DNA of 64,000 nucleotides from Magnetococcales bacterium (GTDB taxonomy: Bacteria > Pseudomonadota > Magnetococcia > Magnetococcales > UBA8363), in NCBI GenBank assembly GCA_015228815.1, contig JADGCV010000012.1, positions 26,749 to 90,748 of the forward strand, given 5' to 3'. Numbering within the stretch: the stretch's first letter is position 1; each line of letters begins with the position of its first letter. The notes under the pieces are model-generated. The model searched no databases. It was not told the origin of the DNA and saw only the letters and a list, made by a program, of their open reading frames with translations. The translations under genes and the position numbers were made by a program. Below, piece after piece: positions 44,739 through 55,291 of the stretch.

Positions 44739-44767
44739 TTGACAACCCGGAGAAGTTGTAGTACAAC
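44739..44767 (+). promoter_or_regulatory. Candidate sigma70-type promoter overlapped by a palindrome
   Basis: TTGACA (44739-44744), a 17-nt spacer, then TACAAC (44762-44767). The palindrome GTTGTAgTACAAC (44755-44767) covers the -10. It lies about 460 nt upstream of the first ter gene in an AT-rich region. Confidence 0.25.
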
Positions 44768-45229
44768 TATCACCCATAAAGATGTGCGTTTCATTGTGGT
44801 GAAAAGTTTATATTTCTTATGTTATTCATAATTTTCCCGCATCGAGAGTCGAGGAGTTTCTTGTTTTCGGTTGATCTGCAGGTTCAAAAGGATCTTGGTT
44901 GATCTTAATTTTTTAGTTTTCAGTTTTTTTAATGAGAATTATTGGTTGATATATATATCTAATTATTAAGGTTTATACATTGCTAACATAGATGGAGATG
45001 GTGTTTGCCGTTTTATTCTAATAGTTGTTATGACCGAGCCATATTGATTCATATTGCTCTTGTAGTGGGTAGGGTGTCGTTCCAGTAAAGTTTAATTTTA
45101 GAAGAGTATGATTAGAATTCTATCGCGCAAGTTTCAACCTTGCCTTGCTGGAGTAGTCGCTGTTCTGGACAAATGCGGTAGCGTCCATATACGTCAACCT
45201 CATTGGGAAGGCACGAAGGAGACATTAAG

Positions 45230-45838
45230 ATGCCTATCAGTCTTGTTAAAGGGCAAAAAGTTAGTCTGGAAAAAAGCGGTACCAGTCTGAAACAAGTGTG
45301 TGTGGGCCTGAACTGGGGAGCCATCGAAACGAAGAAGTTCTTTGGTGGTAGGAAAGTTGTTGCCGTGGACTTGGACGCCAGTTGCGCGGTTTTCTCCGGA
45401 AAGAATGAATTGAAGGATATCGTTTATTTCGGAAACCTAACCAGCAGGGATGGGGCCATTCGGCATAGTGGAGATGATCGGACCGGCGATGCCGGTGGCG
45501 ACGATGGCCTTGATAACGAGATCATTACCGTCGACTTTTCCAGGGTGGATGCCGGAATCGATAAGGTTGTTTTCGTTTTGAACAGTTACAAGGGGCAGGA
45601 TTTCGCGACAGTCCCTTTTGCCAGGATCCGTATTTATGAAGGCAGCCCGGAACGGGTGGACAATGTGTTGGCCACTTTTGACATTGCTGCAGATCCAAAA
45701 TATGCGGGCCACGTTTCCATGGTGATGGGGAGGTTTTACCGTCACCAGGGAGCCTGGAAGTTTGCGGCTATCGGTGATTCGACTACGGACAGAAAATTGG
45801 AAGATACGATTCGGACGGTGGCACGTCTTTACCTATGA
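45230..45838 (+). CDS. TerD-domain protein (TerZ/TerX-like)
   Basis: ATG 45230 is preceded by AAGGAG. MPISLVKGQKVSLEKSGTSLKQVCVGLNWG ... DLDASCAVF ... GDDRTGDAGGDDG is the TerD-family calcium-binding pattern. Confidence 0.85.
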   Translation: MPISLVKGQKVSLEKSGTSLKQVCVGLNWGAIETKKFFGGRKVVAVDLDASCAVFSGKNELKDIVYFGNLTSRDGAIRHSGDDRTGDAGGDDGLDNEIITVDFSRVDAGIDKVVFVLNSYKGQDFATVPFARIRIYEGSPERVDNVLATFDIAADPKYAGHVSMVMGRFYRHQGAWKFAAIGDSTTDRKLEDTIRTVARLYL

Positions 45839-46069
45839 TGGTACGCCAGATTTGGATGGTATTCTTGGCAAGGGTGTGATACGGCCTGTGGACTTTGTTA
45901 TGGATGTGAATTTTTCGCAGATTAGACATACTCCGGATGGGGCGTGCGCCTCGACTCTTTCCGCTATGGCGGGACATGCATCGTCTCGTTGCTGTCTTGC
46001 TAGATGATCGATTCGTCTCGTGTTTTATTTCGCAATCTGTGCGATCAATGGCCAATAGGAGGGTTCAAT

Positions 46070-46645
46070 ATGGCTGTTTCTTTATCGAAGGGTGGCAACG
46101 TTTCGTTGAGCAAAGAGGCTCCTGGTCTTTCCACCATTAACGTCGGTCTGGGCTGGGATGCTCGCGTTACCGACGGTTCGGCTTTTGACCTGGACGCATC
46201 GGCGTTTTTATTGAACGAGGTTGGCAAGGTTCGCAGCGACACTGACTTTATTTTCTATAACAATAAAAAGTCTTCCGACGGCTCGGTTGTTCACCAGGGC
46301 GATAACCAGACTGGTTCTGGCGACGGTGACGACGAGGCCATCTCCGTCAACCTGGATAAGGTCCCTGCTGGCGTGCAGAAGGTCGCTTTCTCGGTCACCA
46401 TCCACGATGCTGATGTCCGCAAGCAGAACTTCGGTCAGGTCGCCAATGCCTACATTCGCGTCGTCAACAATGCCGATGGCAAGGAAATCGCCCGTTACGA
46501 CTTGTCCGAGGACTTTTCGATCGAGACGGCCATGATCTTCGGCGAACTGTACCGCCACGGCGGCGAGTGGAAGTTCAAGGCCATCGGCCAAGGATTTGCT
46601 GGCGGACTTGGCCCGCTTGCCAAAAACTACGGCGTGAATGTCTAA
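46070..46645 (+). CDS. terD: TerD
   Basis: ATG 46070 is preceded by [54 protein letters not shown] ... [13 protein letters not shown]. Confidence 0.9.
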   Translation: MAVSLSKGGNVSLSKEAPGLSTINVGLGWDARVTDGSAFDLDASAFLLNEVGKVRSDTDFIFYNNKKSSDGSVVHQGDNQTGSGDGDDEAISVNLDKVPAGVQKVAFSVTIHDADVRKQNFGQVANAYIRVVNNADGKEIARYDLSEDFSIETAMIFGELYRHGGEWKFKAIGQGFAGGLGPLAKNYGVNV

Positions 46646-46839
46646 AGGGGGCCGGAATGGGCGTTTTCCTCTAAGATCGGTTTTTCTTTATCCGTACCGA
46701 TATGATGATGGCAAGAATTTACCGGTACACCGGCGGGTGGAAAATTTACACCATCGGCGAGAAGACGAACACTCGGATCTTTCACGACTTGGTATCGGCA
46801 ATTTAGACGGCTCTTTAGGATCCGGAGAGAGAGGTAACA

Positions 46840-48165
46840 ATGGGTGCGGTTGTCCTGATGCCGGGCGCGAACACTGACATACCTAAATGTCGCCAGGTGG
46901 CCGTTGTCGTTGGATGGGACCCGAAGTTTTCACCCGGGATGGAAATTGATGCATCGTCTTTCCTGGTCGGTGCAGACGGGAAGGTCCCAAGCGATGCGTA
47001 TTTCGTCTTCTACGGTGAGCAGTCCTCGCCTGATGGTTCTGTCCGATTCCTGTCTTCCCCCTCGACCGGAGTCGACTTTGACGTCCAGGCGTTCGACGTG
47101 GATCTCGATAAGGTGCCTGCCCAAGTTGAAGCTATCGACGTCTGCGTTACCATTCATGAGGGGCAAGTTCGCAGGCAGAGCTTTGCAAACCTCAAGGGCG
47201 TGTTTGCCCGGCTCGTGGACTCTGTCTCGGGCCGGGAAATTGCCCGATTCGATCTGCATGTCGATGGCATGAAGGAGACGGCAATTACGCTGGCCAAGGT
47301 CTATCGCCGGAGCGGCCAATGGAAATTCCGGGCTGTCGGGCAAGGTTTCGCGGGTGGACTTGCTCCTCTGGCTCGCCGATACGGCGTTGATGTGGCCAAC
47401 GAGATTCCGTCGCCGCCGGTTTCGGAATCGAAGGTACGCCTTGAAAAAAGGCTTGTCGATCTTGAGAAGAAGGCCCCTCATCTTGTCTCTTTGGCCAAGA
47501 AGGCCAGCGCTTCTGTGGATAAGTTCCATCTTTCCGGCACTGTCTGCCGGGTCGGTCTGGTGCTTGATGCCTCAGGTTCGATGTTGCGGCAGTACCAGCA
47601 GGGACGGGTACAGGAGGTCGTCGATAGAATATTCCCGCTTGCGGTACATTTCGATGATGACGGATCGTTGGATGTCTGGGCGTTCGCCGAAAAATCCAGG
47701 GAGTTAACACCGCTCACGTCGGACAGTGTGAAGTCTTACGTCGATCGTGAATGGGGTGGTTGGCAAAAATGGATGAGGGTATTGAACTCCGACATCAATT
47801 ATGAGCCGGCTGTCATTCGGGCCGTCATTGACAGATACAGGGGCACCTTTACCACCCAAGCAGTTCAGCCGGTTTACGTTGTCTTTATCAGCGACGGAGG
47901 GGTTGGAAGCGATAAGGAAATAGAAAAGCTCCTCATCAAGGCATCACAATTGCCGATTTTCTGGCAATTCGTGGGCATCGGCGGCAGCAACTACGGAATC
48001 TTGAGGCGTTTCGACACGATGCAGGGACGATTCCTTGATAACTGTAATTTCTTCTCGTTGGATGACCTGCATAGCGTGACCGATCAGGAACTCTATGACC
48101 GGTTGCTTGCTGAATATCCGGAGTGGTTGAAGGAGGCTGCGGCCAAGGGCATCATCAGGGGTTGA
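46840..48165 (+). CDS. TerD domain fused to a C-terminal vWA domain (TerF-like)
   Basis: The N-terminal TerD fold shows VVVGWDPKF..EIDASSFLV. The C-terminal half has the vWA MIDAS-like VGLVLDASGSM and VVFISDGG. Confidence 0.8.
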   Translation: MGAVVLMPGANTDIPKCRQVAVVVGWDPKFSPGMEIDASSFLVGADGKVPSDAYFVFYGEQSSPDGSVRFLSSPSTGVDFDVQAFDVDLDKVPAQVEAIDVCVTIHEGQVRRQSFANLKGVFARLVDSVSGREIARFDLHVDGMKETAITLAKVYRRSGQWKFRAVGQGFAGGLAPLARRYGVDVANEIPSPPVSESKVRLEKRLVDLEKKAPHLVSLAKKASASVDKFHLSGTVCRVGLVLDASGSMLRQYQQGRVQEVVDRIFPLAVHFDDDGSLDVWAFAEKSRELTPLTSDSVKSYVDREWGGWQKWMRVLNSDINYEPAVIRAVIDRYRGTFTTQAVQPVYVVFISDGGVGSDKEIEKLLIKASQLPIFWQFVGIGGSNYGILRRFDTMQGRFLDNCNFFSLDDLHSVTDQELYDRLLAEYPEWLKEAAAKGIIRG

Positions 48166-48660
48166 AGGGGGACGATGGTATTTTCTTGCCACTGGGGCGA
48201 ATGTGGGGTTGGATGCGCAAGCGTTCTCGTGTTTGCCTTCATCCACGATGGCGTTTCCAACTTCCACTACCGGATACTTTTTTGGCGATCTATCTCTTAG
48301 GTGTTTGGAATGGTGCCATCTTTCCATATCATGCATTTAGCAAACTGTCAGGAGGAGTCGTGCGTGGATATCACAAGAGCAACGGGCGATCTTCCTGAAA
48401 AGTGTCCGGTAGCGAATTCCAACCGGGCGGCTGATGGGCGCACGACGGTGAAGGTTTTCGGACGGCGCGACATCGTAGTTGGATGCGACACGCCACTTCC
48501 GGGACGGGCTTGTGTGCGATCGTTTTGATCGAGAACAGCAGAGGTTGATCTGAAGATGACCAAGGAGTAGCGATACTTCCGCAGGTCCCTTGAAATGGGC
48601 AAAGCATACCAATGGGGCCTCCGCTGGGTGGCCGGATCCAAGGACTGAAAGGGGACAACT

Positions 48661-49113
48661 ATGTCTTTCACTGACTGGCTGAAGAAAAACGTCGTTGAAG
48701 CTCGTGACGCGCTCAACACCGAAATTACCAAGTTCAAGTCGAAGGACCTGCTTGATGCCGTGGTCGCGGGATGCGCCATGGTCGCCTACGCCGACGGGAA
48801 CGTTTCGTCGGAGGAGAAGCAGAAGATGATGGGCTATCTGAAAACCTCCGATCATCTCAAGGTCTTTGACTCCGGCGACGTTATCAAGATCTTCCAAAAG
48901 TATGTCGAAAAGTTTGAGTTTGACCCGATCATTGGGACTGGCGAGGTCATGCAGGCGGTCGGTAAGTTCCGTGGCAAGCCTCAGGCCCAACTTGTGGTCC
49001 GTGTCTGCTGCGCCATCGGTGCCGCCGACGGCGACTTCGACGGGATGGAACGGGCGGTCGTTCGACGCATGACCTCCGAGCTTGGCTTGAACCCCTCCGA
49101 CTTCAACCTCTGA
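48661..49113 (+). CDS. terB: TerB
   Basis: MSFTDWLKKNVVEARDALNTEITKFKSKDLLDAVVAGCAMVAYADGNVSSEEKQKM is the typical TerB pattern. Confidence 0.85.
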   Translation: MSFTDWLKKNVVEARDALNTEITKFKSKDLLDAVVAGCAMVAYADGNVSSEEKQKMMGYLKTSDHLKVFDSGDVIKIFQKYVEKFEFDPIIGTGEVMQAVGKFRGKPQAQLVVRVCCAIGAADGDFDGMERAVVRRMTSELGLNPSDFNL

Positions 49114-49132
49114 TGTTCCCAAGGACTTTCCC

Positions 49133-50233
49133 ATGGCCCACTTTGGTTTTCCCATCGAAACGATCGCCATTTTCTTTGGAGTGATCGGTCTTTCAGTCTT
49201 CATGGACCTGTTCGCGCATCGCAAGATCAAGGAAATATCGGTCCTCGACGCGAGTCTGTGGTCTGTCTTCTGGATCGGACTTGCGGTGGGCTTTTATGGC
49301 TACCTGTGGATCCGCTTCGACAAGCAGTGGGCCGACCTCTACCTTGCCGGAGTCGTGTTGGAGAAGTCTCTTTCCGTTGATAACCTGATGGTCTTCATGG
49401 CTATTTTCGCTTCTTTCGGCATCAGGGGTGTCCTTCAGCACCGTATTTTGTATTGGGGAATCATCGGCGCTCTGGTTTTCCGTGCGGCCTTCGTTGCCGT
49501 CGGAACGGGTCTGTTCCACCTCGCGCCATGGGTCGGCTTCGGCTTTGCTGCGGTCGTCGCATGGTCGGGCTGGAAGATGCTCCGATCGGGCGACAACGAC
49601 GAGGAAATCACGGACTACTCCGAACATTGGTCGGTGAAAATGACCGAGAAGGTCGTGCCGATCTTTCCTCGACTCCACGCCGAATGCTTCATCGTTACCC
49701 GGGCGATCGTCAGGGACCTTGCCAAGTCCGACTCTACCATCCGCACCGCGAAGGACGCGGCGGTGTTTGTAACTCCCGCCTTCCTCTGCTTGGTGGCAAT
49801 TGAGACTTCGGACATCATGTTTGCCTTTGATTCGGTGCCTGCGGTGATCGCTGTCACCCAGGAGCCCCTGCTGGTTTACGCGGCAATGATTTTCGCTGTC
49901 CTTGGCCTACGTTCGCTGTACTTTGTGCTTGCGGCCATGACCAAATACCTCGTCCACCTGGAGAAGGCGGTCATCGCTCTTCTGTTCTTTATCGCCTTCA
50001 AGTTGACGGTGCAGTCTGGAGAGGATGTGTTCGGTTGGGACTTCTTGCACATCAGCGCCAATGCGAGTTTGATGGTGGTGCTGGGCACCCTGGGGGTTGG
50101 AGTGGTGGCCTCTGTCATCTGGCCGGAAAAGAGTGCCGACGGGGACGGCAACAAGGGTGATAACGCGGACGGCAATTCCTTTCCGGGCACTTCCAAGGAA
50201 GGGGGGATTGCCATGGTGGAAAACACCCTCTAA
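49133..50233 (+). CDS. terC: TerC-family integral membrane protein
   Basis: LEKSLSVDNLMVFMAIF plus a second repeat, TSDIMFAFDSVPAVIAVT. The protein is polytopic. Confidence 0.9.
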   Translation: MAHFGFPIETIAIFFGVIGLSVFMDLFAHRKIKEISVLDASLWSVFWIGLAVGFYGYLWIRFDKQWADLYLAGVVLEKSLSVDNLMVFMAIFASFGIRGVLQHRILYWGIIGALVFRAAFVAVGTGLFHLAPWVGFGFAAVVAWSGWKMLRSGDNDEEITDYSEHWSVKMTEKVVPIFPRLHAECFIVTRAIVRDLAKSDSTIRTAKDAAVFVTPAFLCLVAIETSDIMFAFDSVPAVIAVTQEPLLVYAAMIFAVLGLRSLYFVLAAMTKYLVHLEKAVIALLFFIAFKLTVQSGEDVFGWDFLHISANASLMVVLGTLGVGVVASVIWPEKSADGDGNKGDNADGNSFPGTSKEGGIAMVENTL

Positions 50234-50814
50234 TGAAACGGGGCGTGGCAGTGTTCGATTTCGACCGTACCTTGGTGCGTCAGGAGACCCTGGCATTGTT
50301 TCTCCGGACCATCGCGGGCCGCAGGATGTGGATGGATGTGGCCGCTGCTGCCGCTCATGCGGCCTTCGTTCCCTCTCAGCGTCGGATGGAGGTGTTCCGT
50401 GCCCAGTTGCTGCGATGTGTCCTCGCCGGTCGAACATTGGAGCAGGCCCAGGATGCGGCGGAAGTTCTGTTCTGTAGGCTTGACTGGATCAGTCAAACTT
50501 GTGAGGCGCTGATCAGTCATCGGCAGGCTGGACGGCGGATTCTCGTCGCCACCGGAAGTCTATCGATCTACATGCCCATTCTTCTGAATTTGAAGGGTTT
50601 GCCGGTGGATGCATTGCTCAGTACCGAAATGTGTTTGGAGGGTAACACCATCACTGGTGAGGTAGCTACTCCATCGTGTACCTGGGAAGAAAAAGCGCGG
50701 CGTGTGCGTCAGTGGCTCACTGATGTAGATGGTCCCGTCTGGGGCTATGGTAACCTGCCCCACGATGGGGCGATGCTTGCATTGACGGACCACCCTACGG
50801 TGGTTCCTACCTGA
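50233..50814 (+). CDS. HAD-IB-type phosphatase
   Basis: VAVFDFDRTLVRQETL (DxDxT) and a C-terminal YGNLPHDGAML. The start overlaps the terC stop (TAATG). Confidence 0.75.
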   Translation: MKRGVAVFDFDRTLVRQETLALFLRTIAGRRMWMDVAAAAAHAAFVPSQRRMEVFRAQLLRCVLAGRTLEQAQDAAEVLFCRLDWISQTCEALISHRQAGRRILVATGSLSIYMPILLNLKGLPVDALLSTEMCLEGNTITGEVATPSCTWEEKARRVRQWLTDVDGPVWGYGNLPHDGAMLALTDHPTVVPT

Positions 50815-50829
50815 CGAGGGGAATGTGAC

Positions 50830-51405
50830 ATGGCGATTTCTCTTACAAAGGGTGGCAATCTCTCTCTCTTCAAAACTGATCCGGGATTGAAACAAATCCT
50901 GATTGGCTTGGGGTGGGATGCCCGTGCCACAGAAGGTGCGGACTTCGATCTGGACGCCTCGGCCTTTATGCTTGGTGCCAACCACAAAGTTCCTAATGAG
51001 AGGGATTTTATCTTTTATAACAATCTGAAATCTAGAGATGGTTCTGTGGAACATACAGGGGATAATCTGACCGGAGGGAGCGGCGATAATGAAGTGATCC
51101 GAGTAAACTTTGCGTCAGTACCGAGTAACATTCAGGTTGTCGTTATCACTGTCACGATCCACGATGCTGAGGTGCGCCGACAGAATTTCGGCCAAGTGCG
51201 GAACGCTTTCATCCGCATCGTCAACGAGGAAAACGGCAGGGAAATCGCCCGCTACGATCTGACGGAGGACTTCTCGGTTGAAACTGCCATGATCTTCGGT
51301 GAGATCTACCGCTATGGGTCAGAGTGGAAATTCCGAGCTGTGGGCCAGGGTTATTCCGGGGGACTGTGCGCAATGTGTACCCAGTACGGCATTGATGTCA
51401 TTTGA
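50830..51405 (+). CDS. TerD/TerE paralogue
   Basis: [48 protein letters not shown] ... GDNLTGGSGDNE. Confidence 0.9.
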   Translation: MAISLTKGGNLSLFKTDPGLKQILIGLGWDARATEGADFDLDASAFMLGANHKVPNERDFIFYNNLKSRDGSVEHTGDNLTGGSGDNEVIRVNFASVPSNIQVVVITVTIHDAEVRRQNFGQVRNAFIRIVNEENGREIARYDLTEDFSVETAMIFGEIYRYGSEWKFRAVGQGYSGGLCAMCTQYGIDVI

Positions 51406-51453
51406 CCCTGCACATTGCTGATCCATCATTAATGAACCCAAGGAGATTACAGT

Positions 51454-52089
51454 ATGCGCCGCCTTCCCGTCTATTTGGTCCTCGACGTCTCCGGCTCCAT
51501 GCTTGGAGAGCCCATTGAGTCTGTACGCAGTGGTCTGCAAACCCTGGTGAGCACGCTGCGCACCGACCCCTATGCCTTGGAGACCGCCTACCTGTCGGTG
51601 ATCGTGTTTGACGACAAGGCTCGCCAAGTTGTGCCTCTGACCGAGTTGACGGTATTCCAGCCACCCGCTATCAACGCGGGTTCCTCAACTGCTCTGGGGG
51701 ATGCGCTGAAGGTAACCGGGGAGTGCATCAAGCGGGAGGTGCAGCTGACCACGGCTGATGTTAAAGGGGATTGGAAGCCACTGGTGTTCATCATGACTGA
51801 TGGACAGCCTACCGACGATTGGCGACGCGGGCTTGATGCCTTTCGCAAAGTAAAAACCGGAATGGTCATCGCGTGCGCAGCCGGATCTCAGGCGGATACC
51901 TCAGTACTGAGGCAGATCACCGAGATCGTGGTTTCCTTGGATACTGCCGATGCCAGCACAATCAACTCCTTCTTCAAGTGGGTGTCGGCTTCTATTTCCA
52001 CATCGTCAAAAAAGGTTGACCTGAACAAGAAAGACTCTAAGGACGTCAACGATCTGCCGCCACCACCGCCGCAGATCACCTTGGTCTGA
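51454..52089 (+). CDS. TerY-type vWA protein 1
   Basis: MRRLPVYLVLDVSGSMLGEPIESV ... FIMTDGQPTD is the TerY MIDAS pattern. Confidence 0.85.
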   Translation: MRRLPVYLVLDVSGSMLGEPIESVRSGLQTLVSTLRTDPYALETAYLSVIVFDDKARQVVPLTELTVFQPPAINAGSSTALGDALKVTGECIKREVQLTTADVKGDWKPLVFIMTDGQPTDDWRRGLDAFRKVKTGMVIACAAGSQADTSVLRQITEIVVSLDTADASTINSFFKWVSASISTSSKKVDLNKKDSKDVNDLPPPPPQITLV

Positions 52090-52120
52090 ACGCGAAGGAT
52101 TCGGAACGGGAGGGTGAGGC

Positions 52121-52756
52121 ATGAGACGACTACCGGTCTACCTGTTGTTGGATACTTCCGGCTCCATGTACGGTGAGCCCATTGAGGCAGTGCGTAACGG
52201 TTTGGGGGTCATGATTAACACATTGAGGCAGGATCCTTACGCCTTGGAGACGGTTTACATCAGCATTCTCACCTTCGATGTCAAAGCCAAGGTGCTACTG
52301 GAGCTTACTGCGCTGGATGTGTTACGGACTCCGGACATCATGGCACCCCGTTCCGCCCCTACCCATCTGGGGCTGGCCTTGGAGGAACTGGGGCAGAGGG
52401 TGCGGCAAGAGATCATCAAATCCACTTCTGATCGGAAGGGGGACTGGGCGCCGCTACTATTTATCATGACCGACGGTAAGCCTTCGGACATCGATCTGTT
52501 CAGGCAGCAATGCCAGGAAGTTCGCACGCTTGGCTTCTCCAGTATTATCGGCTGCGTGGCTGGTCCCAAAGCTCGTAAGGAGGATCTGTTGCCGCTGTGC
52601 GACCACGTGGTCGCCATGGATACTCTCGACAGTGCTTCCTTAACCGGATTCTTTAAATGGGTGACATGTACCATTACCAGCGGTAACCGATCCTTGGGGG
52701 CCACTTCGAAGATGGAACTACCACCGCCGCCGCCCGTCATTCAGGTAGTGTTCTGA
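52121..52756 (+). CDS. TerY-type vWA protein 2
   Basis: MRRLPVYLLLDTSGSMYGEPIEAV ... FIMTDGKPSD. Confidence 0.85.
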   Translation: MRRLPVYLLLDTSGSMYGEPIEAVRNGLGVMINTLRQDPYALETVYISILTFDVKAKVLLELTALDVLRTPDIMAPRSAPTHLGLALEELGQRVRQEIIKSTSDRKGDWAPLLFIMTDGKPSDIDLFRQQCQEVRTLGFSSIIGCVAGPKARKEDLLPLCDHVVAMDTLDSASLTGFFKWVTCTITSGNRSLGATSKMELPPPPPVIQVVF

Positions 52757-52769
52757 TCGGGAGCCTCAC

Positions 52770-53840
52770 ATGCGCCGTTTGCCGATCTTTCTGTTACTCG
52801 ATGTTTCCGAATCCATGCTGGGAGATGGATTGCATCAACTAGAGAAGGGAGTAAGCGACATCGTCGCCACCCTGCGGCGGGATCCTCATGCTCTGGAAAC
52901 GGTGTTTCTGTCGGTGATCGTGTTCGCCGGTCGGGCGCGAACCTTGGTGCCTCTTACTGAGTTGGCCGCGTTTTATCCTCCAACACTGCCGCTGGGGGGA
53001 GGCACTGCTCTGGGCTCCGCCCTCTTCTACCTGATGGACGAAATTGATCGCCAGGTGATCACTGCCTCCACTCGGGAATCCAAAGGGGACTGGCGTCCCA
53101 TTGTGTTTTTGCTCACCGACGGCTACCCTACCGACGATCCTGGTCCAGCGTTGGATCGTTGGAACCGCTTCTATCGCCGGCGGGTGAATCTGGTGGCAGT
53201 GTCCGTGGGAGGTCGTGCCGACCACAGCGCGTTGCGGCAGTTGACCGAGAAGGTGATCGTGTTCGACGATACTGCCCCGGATGCCTTTGCCCGGGTTGTG
53301 GATTGGATTTCCCTGTCGATCCTGAACCAGAGCCGTCGCGTGGGTGGCGACCGGAGGGGCGACGTAAGTCTGGCAAAGGGCGATCCTGGAGTTATCATGC
53401 CGCTGGATCTTGCCGCGCCCATGCTTCGGACCGGGAACTTGGACGAGCAGTATGCGGTGTTTGTAGCCCGTTGCGCCCTCCTCCGTCAGCCCTATGTGGT
53501 GAAATTCAAACGTCTGCAGACACCGTCTACTCGGGACTCCGCTATTGCCCAATCGCCGATCTTTCAGTATTATCGCCTGGAAACCGCCGTGCAGGTGGAA
53601 GAAAGTTATTTTGAACTTTCCGATGACACCAAAATCGGTCGGTCGGTGAACTCGGGGGAGTTGCTTGGACAGCCCTACTGCCCCTATTGCATCTCCCCTT
53701 ACGGCATGGCGGTATGCACCTGCGGTGGCATTCACTGCGTTGAGCGGGACGGAGAACAGACCTGCCCCTGGTGCGGCAGTAGAGGAATCTACCAAGCCCC
53801 TGGTGCGGACGGCTGTGACATTGGACGGGAGAGGGGATGA
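52770..53840 (+). CDS. TerY-type vWA protein 3 with C-terminal extension ending in a Cys-rich zinc-ribbon-like motif
   Basis: MRRLPIFLLLDVSESMLGDGL ... FLLTDGYPTD, then about 150 extra aa with CPYCISPYGMAVCTCGGIHC...CPWCGSRG. Confidence 0.8.
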   Translation: MRRLPIFLLLDVSESMLGDGLHQLEKGVSDIVATLRRDPHALETVFLSVIVFAGRARTLVPLTELAAFYPPTLPLGGGTALGSALFYLMDEIDRQVITASTRESKGDWRPIVFLLTDGYPTDDPGPALDRWNRFYRRRVNLVAVSVGGRADHSALRQLTEKVIVFDDTAPDAFARVVDWISLSILNQSRRVGGDRRGDVSLAKGDPGVIMPLDLAAPMLRTGNLDEQYAVFVARCALLRQPYVVKFKRLQTPSTRDSAIAQSPIFQYYRLETAVQVEESYFELSDDTKIGRSVNSGELLGQPYCPYCISPYGMAVCTCGGIHCVERDGEQTCPWCGSRGIYQAPGADGCDIGRERG

Positions 53841-55291
53841 GTGGAATTAACAAGGATCTCCTAACTGCCCTTAATAGAGCCGCTTTCCTTGCCGAGAAAT
53901 ATCAGTTTTCCGATCCTGGCCCCGGATACCGCGGTTACCGACATCTTGCGAAGCGATGGCGCTATCTCCTTTCACTGCTGGATTGTATTGAGTCGTATTA
54001 TCAGAAAAAGAGCGAGCAGAACATGCAACAGGACCAGTATGGAACCGATAAGCCAGTCATTACCAGCGAAACGGATGCACGTAATCAGGCGGATGGGTTT
54101 ACGCCCTTGAACCAGTTTATGTCAAAGACTCTGCATTTGAAGAACGCCCGTGCCGGGGAGGTCTATGTCGGAACTCTGGAACTGGAAGGGCTCAAGGGCC
54201 TGAAGCTTCAGGATGCGGGCGGTTCCGGGCTGAAGTTTGAGGAGACAACGGCGCAACTGCGGGGAATGCCTACCGGAATCGGGGATTTTCAGCTTCGGTT
54301 CCAGGGGCTGTTGCACGGCAGTCGGACTGAGATTGTGGCCAATTTGGCTGTGATTCCCGATCCTAAATCCTTGTGGGTGAAAAAGGACAGCGATTCCAGC
54401 GATCCATTCTGGAAACCGGATGAGGCATCCAGTCGGGTGGAGGGGGACCTTCTGTGTGTGGCGGCCAGCAAGCGCGGACGTTCTCATGCCCGTGAGGGGG
54501 GGATTCGCGACGATGATTTCGGTCTTCTGGCCGACGGACCTGGAGGTTGGCACATTGCGGTGGTGGCGGACGGTGCTGGTAGCGCCAAATTTGCCCGCCG
54601 CGGTTCCAAAGTCGCCTGCGACAGTGTTTTGCAGGGGCTACCCGTTTTGCTGGACCAGCACGTGACCCCCCAGTTGGAACGCTTGGTGGGTCTGCACCTG
54701 CAGAGGAATTCCGATGCATCCGCCCAGATCATAAGGCAACTCTATCAGTCTCTGGCTACTTCGGCGTTTCAAGCTGCCAAGGCTATCGTTGCGGAGGCAG
54801 AGTGCAAGGGGGGGCATCACTCGGCTTTTTCTACCACCCTGATCTTGGGGGTGGCGCGAAAAATTACCCATGGCTGGTTTCTGGCCGGTTTTTCCATCGG
54901 CGACGGTGGGGCGGCGGTATTTGATGTGGGCGATGCCTCTCTGACCACTCTGACCTTGCCAGACAGCGGTGAATTCGCCGGCCAGACTCGCTTTTTGCAG
55001 AGTTCCGAATTCGCCAGTTACGAGGATGTGGCGAAACGGATATTTTTTGATATACGGAAATCATTTACGGCTATGGTATTGATGACAGACGGCATTTCAG
55101 ATCCCAAGTTTCCTACCGAAAGCGCGTTCGCCGATCCGGCCCGGTGGGTTTCGTTCTGGAACGATGACCTGTCCCCGGCGGTGGGGATGACCCGCGACAA
55201 TGCCGGATTGGAGCAGCAACTGCTCGCTTGGCTGGATTTTTGGTCTTCTGGCAATCATGATGATCGAACACTGGCGGTTCTGGTGCCATGA
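53837..55291 (+). CDS. PP2C-family protein phosphatase (TerY-P triad)
   Basis: Motifs: GRSHAREGGIRDDDFGL, VVADGAGSAKFA and LMTDGISD. The start overlaps the upstream stop (ATGA). Confidence 0.75.
   Translation: MSGINKDLLTALNRAAFLAEKYQFSDPGPGYRGYRHLAKRWRYLLSLLDCIESYYQKKSEQNMQQDQYGTDKPVITSETDARNQADGFTPLNQFMSKTLHLKNARAGEVYVGTLELEGLKGLKLQDAGGSGLKFEETTAQLRGMPTGIGDFQLRFQGLLHGSRTEIVANLAVIPDPKSLWVKKDSDSSDPFWKPDEASSRVEGDLLCVAASKRGRSHAREGGIRDDDFGLLADGPGGWHIAVVADGAGSAKFARRGSKVACDSVLQGLPVLLDQHVTPQLERLVGLHLQRNSDASAQIIRQLYQSLATSAFQAAKAIVAEAECKGGHHSAFSTTLILGVARKITHGWFLAGFSIGDGGAAVFDVGDASLTTLTLPDSGEFAGQTRFLQSSEFASYEDVAKRIFFDIRKSFTAMVLMTDGISDPKFPTESAFADPARWVSFWNDDLSPAVGMTRDNAGLEQQLLAWLDFWSSGNHDDRTLAVLVP

Noticed and set aside
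48337-49230. A 297-aa minus ORF across terB
   Set aside because: It is antisense to the clear TerB and TerC reading frames.
52839-53795. A 318-aa minus ORF
   Set aside because: It is antisense to the third TerY gene.
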